DNA of 64,000 nucleotides, from contig JAIVFI010000010.1 of the NCBI GenBank assembly GCA_025558095.1, positions 620,001 through 684,000 on the forward strand, given 5' to 3'. The stretch is from Hyaloraphidium curvatum SAG 235-1. Lineage: Eukaryota; Fungi; Monoblepharomycota. The translations under genes and the position numbers were made by a program. A model generated the notes under the pieces. It was not told the origin of the DNA. It saw nothing but the letters and a program-made list of their open reading frames with translations, and ran no database searches. Positions 33,511 to 44,407 of the stretch are shown piece by piece (positions within the stretch are counted from its first letter, which is position 1; every line of letters starts with the position of its first letter).

Positions 33511-34749
33511 CTGCATTGTATGCGATTGAAACGGCTTGCCCCATCGGCATTGACGCTGAGGAGGGTTCCGATTTTGCGTGCTCGTTAGGCCGGTTCGAAG
33601 CAGGTTGCCGACTGCCCGCGCGCGAAGACCTGAACGGTTTCACGATTTCGGCACTCCCAAGCCCGCCTTTGCGCTCCCAAGCCCGCCTTTGCGCTCGCGC
33701 CGAGATCGGTCGGAACCGTCTTTGACGGATTCTCCGCGCCCGTTCTGCAGAAGCTCATCGTGATCGAAAGCGGCGATCTTACTACGATCGACGACGTTCG
33801 CCCGGTGGTCGGGGAGGGCGTCGAGATCGTCGGGACTTCCGGGTGGGTGGGAGGTCCGGCTAAGACCAGGAGGTGGCCAGAACTGAACGCCGCGATCCTC
33901 CAACCTTAAAAGCGCTCTGCACCAGCCCGCGTTGCGTGGAAGGACCGGCGCAGCTCCATGGTTTCCGCGTTACCCGGTGGGAAAGGAGCGACGCGAACTC
34001 CGAACGGGCGTCGAACTCCGCTCCCGCGCGCGAGTCGCGCAAACTCAGCACATCGGTCCAACTTCCTGCGACAATCTGCGCTTCACTGCGCCCCTCGCCT
34101 AGACCTGTTTTGCCGTGCCTGCGCTCTGCGGGCCGCCGCCGCGATGAGGCGGACAGCCGGGACCGCCGACCCGGCTCGGCCGAATGTCTCCACCGGCAAC
34201 ACCCACGTAAGCAGCTCTTTGAAAACGCTCCAGAATCGTTCATTTTGTCCTCATGTGTCGTCTTTTGCCGTCGTTTATCGTCCTTTGCCGGCCTATAGCG
34301 GCCTATACCGGCCTATGTCACCCTCTGCCCCCTCTGCTGCTCGCGGCCTTTGTCCCCCTATATCGGCCTATATCAGCCTACATCGACATGTACGGCCTAT
34401 ATTTCGAAAATTTGAGCCTTTGCGGGCGCCTGTTTGGACATATTGGCGATGGGATAGCAGCAACGGGGTCAGGGGGGCCCTGACAGAGCAGCAAACGATA
34501 CCATCGATCAAGACAAAATCGTGACTGAGCAACAAACGATACCATCGACGATATACATAATGTACGGCATCTCCAGTAATCGAGACAGATCGAGACAGCC
34601 AAGTGCCCTGAGCTCCACAAGACGAAGAGTGCGCCTGGGCTCTGGAGGAAGCATTCAGATCCAGCAGCGACCACGCGCGATGTAGGGCTGACTCTGAAGC
34701 GAGACAAATCCGCGATCAGAACATCCCGAGTCAAGTTTACTCGATTCGT

Positions 34750-36409
34750 TCACAAAGCGACGGCATCCCAGTAGAACCCAGCGCGTCCCTCCGAACGGTC
34801 CTCTCCGACCAGGCTCTCGGGCAGCTCCCAATCCGCGCCGGGCGCGGGCACCGCGACGTGCACGCCCCTCTCGGCGCAAAGCCCCGCGAACGCGGGCGCC
34901 ATCCCCGCGATGCTCATCCCGTACTTCTTCCCCAGCCCGGTCAGCAAGGCACCGCACCGCTCTCCACCCCTTTTCGACACTCTTCCGACCGCGCCCTCCG
35001 CAGCGCCGCGTCCTCGTACGTCTCCCCGATCAGTTCCTCCCTGTCGTCGATCCCGCCAAGCAGCTGCAGGCCGGTTTTGAACACGGACGGCGCGAGCATG
35101 TAGTACGCGCCCTCCAGCGTCCGATCCTGCCGCATTCCCGCCTTGAGGAACGACGCGAACCACAGCGCCCGCGCCAGCGCGGAGCCTTCGAACCCGGCCG
35201 CCGCGAGCCGCTCCATCACGCAGGCCTCGTGCACGAGGACGAGCTGCACCGCGATCCGGGCGTGCGCATACGAGGGGTAGTACGGCTCCCAGTTGGCGAA
35301 GAAGGGGCCGCTATCGCCCCGCGCAAACGCCGAGCGGAGGTCCTCGGGGACGGCCTGCATGATCGAGTCGGTAATCGCCGACAGGCTCGCCGCAAGCTGC
35401 TTGCGCGATGACGCGGGGGCGCCTTTGACGGCAAGCAGGAGGTGCTCCGCAAAGTTGGCGAGCTCCATGTGGCACAGGACCGAGCCGTAGCCCGAGTAGG
35501 CGAGGGCGGCGACGGAGCGGGCGTAAAGGGCGAGGTCCCCTACGGAGCCTTCCGAGAACTGCACGATCGGGGGCGAATGCGAGTTCCATACGCCGTGCAG
35601 ATTCGCGAAAGCCGATTTCCAGTCCGGGCGGTCGAACCACCGCTCGCTGGAGGGGAGCAGCCGTTCCCCGGAGGTGTAGTGGATCCCGAAACAAGGCATG
35701 CCGCTGGCCCCCGAAGCTCCCTGATCGAACGCGCAAACAGCAAGGCGAAGACGCGACACCGACTCGGCGTACAGCCAGGCATCCGCCGTCTCGGAACGCC
35801 GGGGAGTAACGAATGCACCAGGCGCCCCGACAGTTTCACGGCGCGGCGCAGGAGCGGGATCGTCTGCGCCTGCTTCCCCGCTAGTGCAGTAGCGTCCAAC
35901 AGCAGCATGTATGCCTGCGCCGACTCGAGGTCACCGCTGCTGCCCGCCACGAGGTGCTTGTGGGCGGCCTCCACGAATTGGAACAGCACTTGAAAGCGGC
36001 TCTTCTTGGAGAGCCCGGGGAGGAGCCGGGCGGCCGCAGCCGCGGTGGCCCACGCCAGCCCGAGAGGAGGTTTCTTGTAGAGGCAGTTGGGTTCGATGAA
36101 GGCCGCCTCGAACGCCCCGCGATGGAGCAACGGGATGAGGGAGAACAGGCTCTCCCGGAAAAAGCAGTCCACGGCCGCGCGCAGCTCCGGCGGGAACGCG
36201 CTGTGGGAGCCCCGTCCCGCGGGCATGCCGCCATCTGCTTCCTCGCGCGCCGCGGCGCTGTTGACGGCGATTGTTGAGGAGCCGTCGTCCGCGAAGTCGC
36301 AGTTGCCACCGCGGTGCTCCTCGGCCGCTTCCGCGGCCAGCGCCGCCTCGGCAGCGAGCGCACACAATTCGCTCCAGTCGCGTCCGTCGTCGATGCCGTC
36401 TTCGGACAT
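34750..36409 (-). pseudogene. Frameshifted paralogue of the Fungal_trans-like gene at 42175-43830
   Basis: Colinear with the intact paralogue but split over three frames, by a 1 nt loss at ~35793 and a 2 nt gain at ~34962. Confidence 0.8.
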
Positions 36410-36500
36410 GGCGATAAGGCCCGTCGGTCTTGTCTGAGGAGTGGGTAGATCCCCTGAGCCTAAATTGTTCACGAGCCGGCTCTGTGGCTCGCCGAGCAAC

Positions 36501-38356
36501 TCAGCGCGTAAGCACTACGCTTACCAAGGCCACTAGGCTACCTCGGGTGCGAACCATAGTTCGCCCCCAGGCGAATTCGGGAGGCGCCTGCACCGTCAAA
36601 GTCGAGGTCACGGGCGGCAGCTGCACCGTCAAAGTCGAGGTCACGGGCGGCAGCTGCACCGTCAAAGTCGAGGTCACGGGCGGCAGCTGCAGAGTCTCGG
36701 TGCTCGTCACGGGAGGGAGCTGCACCGTCGCGGTGGAAACGACCGTGATCGGGTTGCATCCAACGGGGGGAGTGGTCGCGGCGTGGGGTGGAGCCGACGG
36801 CGTCGTCGATGCCCGGAGGGTCGAGGTACGGCGGGCGGTAGTGGAAGCAGCACCGGAAAACGTCTTTGCCGTCAAAGTGCGGCTGGCGCCCGCCGTCCTG
36901 CTCCTGGTGGCGGTGCGGGAACGGGTGGTCGTTCGGCTACGGGTGCGGGTGCTCTGCGGAGCCACCGGGGCCACCTCGTTGCGGAACCCGGCGATCTCGG
37001 CGGCGACGTTGTTGAGCGAGCGGGCGTTGTCGGCGCGATCCACTTCGCCGGTCGCGCGGTTGTTGTAGTTGACGTTCGGGTTCGAAAAGTGAGCGATGGT
37101 GGGGCAGTTGACGACATCGCAGTCGTAGGCCCTTGGGATGCACAAACCACGTCAGCATACACAAGGATGCGCGCCCATGCATCTTGCTCACATGATAGTT
37201 CTGAAGCTGGCCTGTCCCTCGACGTGCTGGTACCCGTAGGAGTAAGCGAATGCGCCTGGAGAACCCCCGGCGTTGGCGGCGTCGTGGTCGCAGCCCATGT
37301 TGTGGCCGCACTCGTGGGCAAGCGTAAAGTCCGCGATGCATTCCGCGCTGCTGACCGCGAAACCCCAGTCGTCGTTGCCGGCCGTGCCCGGATCGGTGAG
37401 GATCCAGCCTTTGCCGCAGTACGCGTCATCGTCGATATACAGGTGCACGAGGTCCGCCCCGTACTCGTCCCTCAGGGCATGCACGCTGTCCATGTAGCCG
37501 TCGTCGGTGCCGTCGGAAATCGTCCCAATCGTAGTTGACCTGGGCCACGTGCACGAGCCGGAACCGGATGTTGACCAGGCTGTTCCTGAACGCATCGTTG
37601 GCGAGCTCGATGTCGTGCTCGTAGATCTGCTGGGGGTTGGCCGCGCCCCACGCACGCGCCGATGCGGGCGTGTAGAGTCCGAAGATGTCGACAGTAAAGA
37701 TGCCATCGGGGCCGGGGAGGGCCTGGCGCCGGCTGAGCCGGGGCTCGCTCGTGTGGTTCGCAGCGGAGGGCTTCTCGGGGTGCGCGAAGCTGGGCTTCGC
37801 AGTCAGGTTGACCTGCTTGATACGGTGCACGCCGGGGCCGTCCGGAAGGATCTAAGCAAGGCGAAGGACAGGTCAGACCGACAGCACCATCATGCACACG
37901 AGCACAAACCTTGTAGGTGCCAGAGGCCGTGATGACGGTGCCGATGATGTTGCCGGACGGCGAGGCGGTGAGCGCGACGTAGCTGGTCCCGTACAGGTCC
38001 AGGTCCCCGAGCCAGGTCGTCGACCGGCCGGAGTCGACCACCTGCTTGCACACGGCGGAGAAGGATGCGTCCTTGAACAGCGGCAGCGAGATTCGGTCGG
38101 GGCCGCCGGCGGCGAGCAGGCGGGGGTTGGCACTGACCCGGCGCTCCCGGACGGAGAACCGATCAGGGCGGTCAGGGCGGGCGCCGGGGAGCGCGTCCAT
38201 GGGCGGGAGGTCGGCAAAGAGGGAGGGAGCCTCGGCGGCGCTCGCCGTGCCGGCCAGGAGCAGCGTACAAAAGAGCATCGCCAAGACACCTCGGGCAGCA
38301 TAGCGGCGTTCGCCGGATCGAATCGCGGCGGATCCCGCGGCGCGACCGGCGGGCAT
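36501..38356 (-). CDS. Secreted reprolysin-like (M12/M72-type) metzincin metalloprotease; apparent frameshift at ~37527
   Basis: Signal peptide, HALRDEYGADLV, CGKGW, HECGHNMGCDH, Met-turn FRTIM, HFSNP and a Thr/Arg-rich linker. Confidence 0.82.
36589..36729. repeat. 33 bp coding tandem repeat (3 exact + 1 degenerate) encoding TSTLTVQLPPV
   Basis: tgcaccgtcaaagtcgaggtcacgggcggcagc occurs 3 times at 36589-36687. Confidence 0.92.
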
Positions 38357-39298
38357 CGTCGGGAGGCCTTGATAGAGTCTTGATGGTTGCTGCGGCTCGA
38401 GCTCGCCGTTTGGTAGAGAAACCAATCGGTTAACCGTCGGGCCGCGGGCGGAGGTTGGTCGGGACGCTTTGGCGGCACGTCCAGCCAGTCGGATCCAAAA
38501 CGTCATGGGCGGCGGCAACACAGCATATTCAGGGATGCGGAAGCTCGCTTATGCTTCGGAAACGTTTCCATTTTTTTCGCATGGGATGCGGCGCATTCCT
38601 GTAATGCGAGGCGGGACTCCTTGTCCTTCGAATCTCGGCTACTGGATCCGTACGGGCGGGCTGTGTCGGTCCGACCTCCGACCTCCGACATCCGACCGGC
38701 CGATCGCCCGACGCGGCAAAGTTGCAGCTGCCGCTTGCCGCACGGGTCCCAAAGGGCACCCTGGGCAGAGCACTCTTGCCGCCTTGCCGCGCCTTGCACC
38801 GCCATTGGTTGGCCCCGGCCCATTGACATGCGGACGAAGTGCTGGATCCACCACTTGCGCACGGATTGGATGCCAGCCTTGACGTATCGAGTCGCTCAAG
38901 GTGCGGCCTGCTGCCATTCATAGCCGGGGTTTTGCAATAATGGCGCCAGGAGATTTCGTCGTCGCTTCGCTGCCGAATGCATGTCGAACTTCGCCCAGCA
39001 ATGAATGTCCTCGTCACTTGTAGATTGCGAAGAGGCGGCAGTGGTATTCCATGTCGCCTGCACGAGGACAAAGCCTGACTCCTTTGGCACTTCAGAGGAA
39101 TGGTCCCCTGCGTTGTTCAGTTTGCGGCAAAGAAAGCCTTTTCTAGCAGATGGATCGCTGAATACCTTGCCTTTGCCGAGAGACTGAAGGGGAAGGAGAT
39201 GGGAGACAGGCCCAGCAACGGGGCACCGATGACTCGTCGATCACTACGAGCAGACTTTCGTTCTGACGGCGAGTGCGAGCTCGAAATGAACTCGAAAT

Positions 39299-41753
39299 CT
39301 AAGTGCTGAAGTACATGCGAATGTCTCCATCCTGCGCCTCCTCATCCTCGTCCGCGTCCGACAGCCCAGCGAGGCGGATCACGACCCGATCCGCGATCAT
39401 CCCCAGAACCTCGGATACGTCCTCGTCCGCGCGGCCCGTGCCCAGCCCGAGGTCCTCCGCGAGCACGTCCAGAATATCTTGGCGCAGAATGGCGAAGCCG
39501 CTGAACGGCCGCGTCAGGAAGACCTGCGAAACGCTGCCCGTGTGCTCCCCGTCCACGACCACCGCACCTAGGCCAACGTCGCGGATGCGTACAACGCGGC
39601 CCATGGTAGCCATGACCGCGGTCTTCTGCTCGTCGAAGCGCGTCCTTTTGAAGTCCGAATGGAACCAAGCGCCGTCGAACTCCAGCATGACCCGTTCGCC
39701 ATCCGGTCCCAGGAAGTGGGCGTCCACGCGCAGATCTTTCCGCGTCTGAGGGTGGGGCAAGATCTCCGTCATTGCCTTGTGGACCATCTCGACCGCCCGT
39801 TCAGGGTCCCAGATCCACCCATCTCCGAAGACGGCGAAGAGGTAGCAGACGACGGCGTGAACCTCCGAGATCGACCGCCCGGGCAGCTTCTTCTTCAAGG
39901 CTTTGCACAGGGCCTCGCCGAGCTTCCCGTTCCGCTGCTCGGGATCCGGGCACCGGGAAACGACCGAGCCGTGCTGGCAGGCGGCGTGCGTCCTCTTGTG
40001 CTTGGCCAGCGAAGCGGTCTGCGTGAACGCCATGCCGCATCCCAAGTAATCGCATGAGTAAGGCCGCTCCCCGGTATGGACCCGCCGATGGGTGACGAGA
40101 TGGGTGGAGCAGGCGAAGGCCATGATGCAGCCTTCAAAGTCGCATGGATACGGCCGCTCCCCAGTATGGCTCCTCCGGTGCACAAGAAGAGAGCCAGACG
40201 TCGAATAGGTCACGCCACACCCCTCGAACTCACACGTGTAGGGTCGTTCGCCGGTGTGAGTCCTTTGGTGCTTCGCAAGCCCTCCAGACTCGGAAAACGA
40301 CATGCGGCACCCCTCAACGTCGCACGCATAAGGTTTTTCGCCGGTGTGGGTTCTCCTGTGGATGACGAGAGAGCCGGGCGTCGTGAGCGCCTTCCCGCAG
40401 CCCGCGAAGTCGCAGCCGTAGGGCCGCTCCCCAGTATGCGTCCGTTTGTGCGTCACTAGATTGCCGGAGCAGGTGAAGGCCTTACTGCACCCCTCGAAAT
40501 CGCACGCGTAAGGTCGTTCGCCCGTATGGACCCGCTTGTGCGTGACAAGACCGCCGGATGTGGCGAACATTCTGCTGCATCCTTCGAAGTCGCACTGGTA
40601 GGGCCGGTCGCCCGTATGGGTCCGCTTGTGCGTCGTGAGACCGCCAGGCCAGCGAAAAGTTGCCAGTGTGTTTCCTTCTGTGCTTGACCAGAGCGCCTTT
40701 CTCCACGAACGCCCTGCCGCATCCCACAAAATCACATGGGTATGGCCGCTCTCCGGTGTGGATGCGCAGGTGTGTGACGAGAGAAGTCCGGGCAGCAAAT
40801 GCCATGGTACATCCCTCGAAACTGCACAGGTATGGTCGCTCCCCAGTGTGCTTCCGTTTGTGCGTGGTCAGGTTGCCCAGCCGAGCAAATGCCCTCCCAC
40901 ACCCGTCGAAATTGCACTCATAGGGCCGGTCCCCAGTATGGGTCCGTTTGTGATTGACAAGCGGACCCGAGGTGGCAAAAGACTTGCCGCACCCCTCGAA
41001 ATCGCACAGATATGGCCGCTGCCCCGTGTGCGTCCGCTTATGTGCATGGAGCTGAGCCTTGGTCCTCACGGCCTTGCCACATCCCTCAAATTCGCACACA
41101 AGGGGCCGCTCCTCCGTGTGCGTCAGCTCGTGCTTGACAAGATTGCCAGAAGTTGTGAAAGCCTTATTGCACAATGAGCACCGGTAGGGCCGCTCGTCCG
41201 TATGGACGCGCTCGTGATCCTTGATGTGGTGCTTCAGCTTGAACGTCTTTCCGCAGGTGGTGCACCTAAAGGGTCGCTCTCTGTCGTGGAACTGCTTCGC
41301 ATGAATGGTGCGCTCGCCTTTCGAGGCGAAGACCTCGACACAGGGCGGCCACTGGCACGGGAACCTGTTGTCGCCATTGCCCTCGTCTCCGCTGTCCAAA
41401 TGACCCGAGCTGCCGTCGGCGGATCCGGCCTCCCCGGAATCGCTAGTCGCTTCGTCCATCGAGCCGGCCGAACCCGAGTCATCCGAAACAGTCGCGAGGC
41501 CTTCGCCGCGCCGCGCGCGCTTCGTCGGACCACGCGCGGGGCCGACGTCCTCCTCCTCATCGCTGCTGATCTCGATCACAACCCTCTTCGCCTTCCGGGG
41601 CGCGGCAGCTGGCGTGCTCTCGTCGTGCGCTGCGTCGCTCACTTCGCCTGGCGCCGCTGCGCCCTGCAGCATCGCGGCGGACGGTCCCCGGGCGGGCGCT
41701 TTCGCGGCTCCGGCGAGCGGTGCGCTCTTACGCGCGGTAGGGATATCCGGCAT
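39299..41753 (-). CDS. Tandem C2H2 zinc finger array (15 complete + 1 broken finger) fused to a DUF559/Vsr-like endonuclease domain; frameshift at ~40661
   Basis: HTGERPY-C-x4-C repeats in ORFs 40482..41753 and 39299..40798. C-terminal LRVDAHF...MLEFDGAWFH...RFDEQKT...GRVVRIRD. No introns seen. Confidence 0.85.
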
Positions 41754-42174
41754 AGTCGCCTGGAAAACTGGAGTTGAGAGCGAACTGGCACAGCGGCGTC
41801 AGCTCGCCACCAGCCCAGTGCCCCTGCTGATGCACCGGGACCACAGAGTAGCTAGAGCGCACTGATTCCGGCGTAAATTGTATACTATCCCGCCGGTCTC
41901 CTTCGGAATCAGCACCACATGTACCGTTCCAGTGACATTCGGAGTGATTTGAGAGGGCCAAGTGCTGACTGACATCGTCTTCAGAAGCAGATCACTCTGT
42001 GCCCCGAAAGTCTGGATGATGCAAGCAAGCCCGCGGTGATCTACACGACGTGTCAATGGAACGTCCACGACGACGATATGCTTGCTTTGCGAAGGCCGTC
42101 AGTACTTCCAAGGGTCGCCAAGCTCGAAAGGCAGCGATACTTCCGATACTTCATCCATGCCATTTGTTCATCCT

Positions 42175-43830
42175 TCACAACGCAACGGCATCCCAGTAGA
42201 ACCCTGCGCGTCCCTCCGATCCGTCCTCCCCCACCAGGCTCTCGGGCAGCTCCCAATCCGCGCCGGGCGCGGGCACCGCGACGTGCACGCCCCTCTCGGC
42301 GCAAATCGCCGCGAACGCGGGCGCCATGCCCGCGATGCTCATCCCGAACTTCTTCCCCAGCCCCACGAGCAGCGCTCCGATCAGCTCGATCCCCTTCCGG
42401 CACTCGTCCGACCGCGCCAGGCGCAGCGCTGCGTCCTCGGGCGCCTCCCCGATCAGCTCCGAGCGCGTGTCGATGCCGCCCAGCAGCTGCAGGCCCGCCT
42501 TGAACGCCGGGGGCGCCAGGAGGTAGTACATACCCTCCATGATCCTGTCCTGACGGACCACGCCCTTGAGGAACGATGCAAACCAGAGGGCGCGGGCCAG
42601 AGCGGCCCCTTCGAAGCCCGCGATTGCGAGGCGGTCCATCACGCAGCCTTCGTGCACGAGGAGGAGCTGCACGCAGACCCGGACGTGAGCATAGGACGGG
42701 TAGATCCGCTCCCAGGTCGAGTAAAAGGGGCCGCTATCGCCGGCGAGAAATGACGATCGCAGGTCCTCGGGGAGGGCCTGCAGAATCGAGTCCGTGATGG
42801 CAGACAGGCTCGCCGCGAGCTGCTTGCGCGAGCCCGCGGGGGCACGCTTGACGATAAGCAGGAGGTTCTCCGCAAAGTTGGCGAGCTCCAGGTGGCACAG
42901 TGCGGAACCGTAACCAGAGTAGGCGTAGGCTGCGACGGAGCGAGCGTAGAGGGCGAGGCCCGCCACTGCGGCCTCAGAGAACATCACCATGGGGGAATGC
43001 GCCTTCCACATGCCTTGCAATTCAGCAAAAGCAGACGTCCAGTCCGGACGGTCGAACCAGCGTTCCCCGGAGGGGAGCAGCCGTGGGCCGTGCGCGTGGT
43101 AGTGCGTCCCGAAGCACGGCATCCCGCTAGCATCGCTCGCATTCTGGTCGAACGCACACACCGCCAGGCGCAGGCGCGTCACAGACTCGGCGTAGATCCA
43201 GGCATCCGCGTCCTCGGGAATCCCGGGGGGAAGAGCGCGCACCAGGCGCTCGGACAGCTTGACGGCGCGCCGCAGCAACGGGATCGTGTGCGCCTGCTTC
43301 CCCGCCAGCGCCGTTGCGTCCAGCAGAAGCATGTACGCCTGAGCCGACTCGAGGTCGCCGCTGCTGCCCGCGACGAGGTGCCTCTGGGCGGCCGCCACGA
43401 ACTGGAACGTCAGCTCGAAGCGGCTCTTCTTGGAGTGGCCGGGGAGCATGCGGGCGGCGGCGGCCGCGGCGGCGTAGGCCAGTCCGAAGGGAGGCGTCTT
43501 ATAGAGGCAGTTGGGTTCGATGAAGGCCGCCTCGAAGGCCCCCCGGTGGAAGAGCGGGACGAGCGCATACATAGATTCGCGGTGGAAGACGTCGACCGCC
43601 GGCCGCAGTTCCGGCGGGAACGCGGTCCCGGCGCCCGGCCCCGCAGGATTGCCTGCCGCGGACGCGGCAGAGACGTCGGCGCTGTTGTTGGCGACGGTCG
43701 AGGAGCCGTCGTCGGCAAAGGCATCGCCGCCTTCATGGTGCTCCGCGGCCTCGGCGGCCAGCGCCGCCTTGGCGGCCAGCACACACAGCTCGCTCCAGTC
43801 GCGCCCGTCTTCGCTGCCGTCTTCGGACAT
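42175..43830 (-). CDS. Fungal transcription factor-like protein (Fungal_trans-like domain, no Zn cluster)
   Basis: Open frame from MSEDGS. FHRESMYALVPLFHRGAF and LAYAAAAAAAR resemble the middle homology region. Confidence 0.7.
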   Translation of the reverse strand: MSEDGSEDGRDWSELCVLAAKAALAAEAAEHHEGGDAFADDGSSTVANNSADVSAASAAGNPAGPGAGTAFPPELRPAVDVFHRESMYALVPLFHRGAFEAAFIEPNCLYKTPPFGLAYAAAAAAARMLPGHSKKSRFELTFQFVAAAQRHLVAGSSGDLESAQAYMLLLDATALAGKQAHTIPLLRRAVKLSERLVRALPPGIPEDADAWIYAESVTRLRLAVCAFDQNASDASGMPCFGTHYHAHGPRLLPSGERWFDRPDWTSAFAELQGMWKAHSPMVMFSEAAVAGLALYARSVAAYAYSGYGSALCHLELANFAENLLLIVKRAPAGSRKQLAASLSAITDSILQALPEDLRSSFLAGDSGPFYSTWERIYPSYAHVRVCVQLLLVHEGCVMDRLAIAGFEGAALARALWFASFLKGVVRQDRIMEGMYYLLAPPAFKAGLQLLGGIDTRSELIGEAPEDAALRLARSDECRKGIELIGALLVGLGKKFGMSIAGMAPAFAAICAERGVHVAVPAPGADWELPESLVGEDGSEGRAGFYWDAVAL

Positions 43831-44407
43831 GGCGGCAAAGGCGTCGACGTGTCCTCGTCCTTGTGGTCCCTTCTTGGCAGCCGTTGAGTCAGCGCCACAT
43901 GCCGATGAAAAGACACTCGATTCGAGCAGCAGACGATGGCAATGTGTCTCCGACACGGACTCTGCAATCGCTGGCTCCAAACCATCATAGGTGCACTGAT
44001 GCGAATCGTCCACGGTATCCCGGCGCCTCCCACTTTGCTGCAGGCACCAAACCCGGCCCAACCTGTTGTGGAACTGCTCCTTTGCGCAGAGGCAGAAAAG
44101 CTCGCTGTCCGCCGTGACCGCCGTCTTCCGCTCCGCAGAGCGACATTCAACGCCGACGACTTGGGATTCCAGCTCAAAGAAAAGAAAAGCCGAATGCGCC
44201 ATGTTTCTCTCCTCGAACCCAACATTCGACGGTGCCGCATTTGAAGCTACGATCGATGGGCTCGCAAGGTTCAATGCCTGTTGCATTTGATGGGGCGTCG
44301 GCGGCAGAAAGCCCGGTCGCAGAACCAAACGAACGACTCGTCCCCGGGCCCCCGAGAGGCGTGCACTCGCCCGTCCTCTCCGCCTCCACGAGTCTCTCTT
44401 CATCATA

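Noticed and set aside
34481-34548. CRISPR-like repeat-spacer-repeat
   Set aside because: Only two copies, a 14 bp gap, eukaryotic context and no cas genes.
38670-38698. TCCGACC x4, and GACGCTCC x3 at ~51126-51150
   Set aside because: Short slippage-type repeats with no supporting context.
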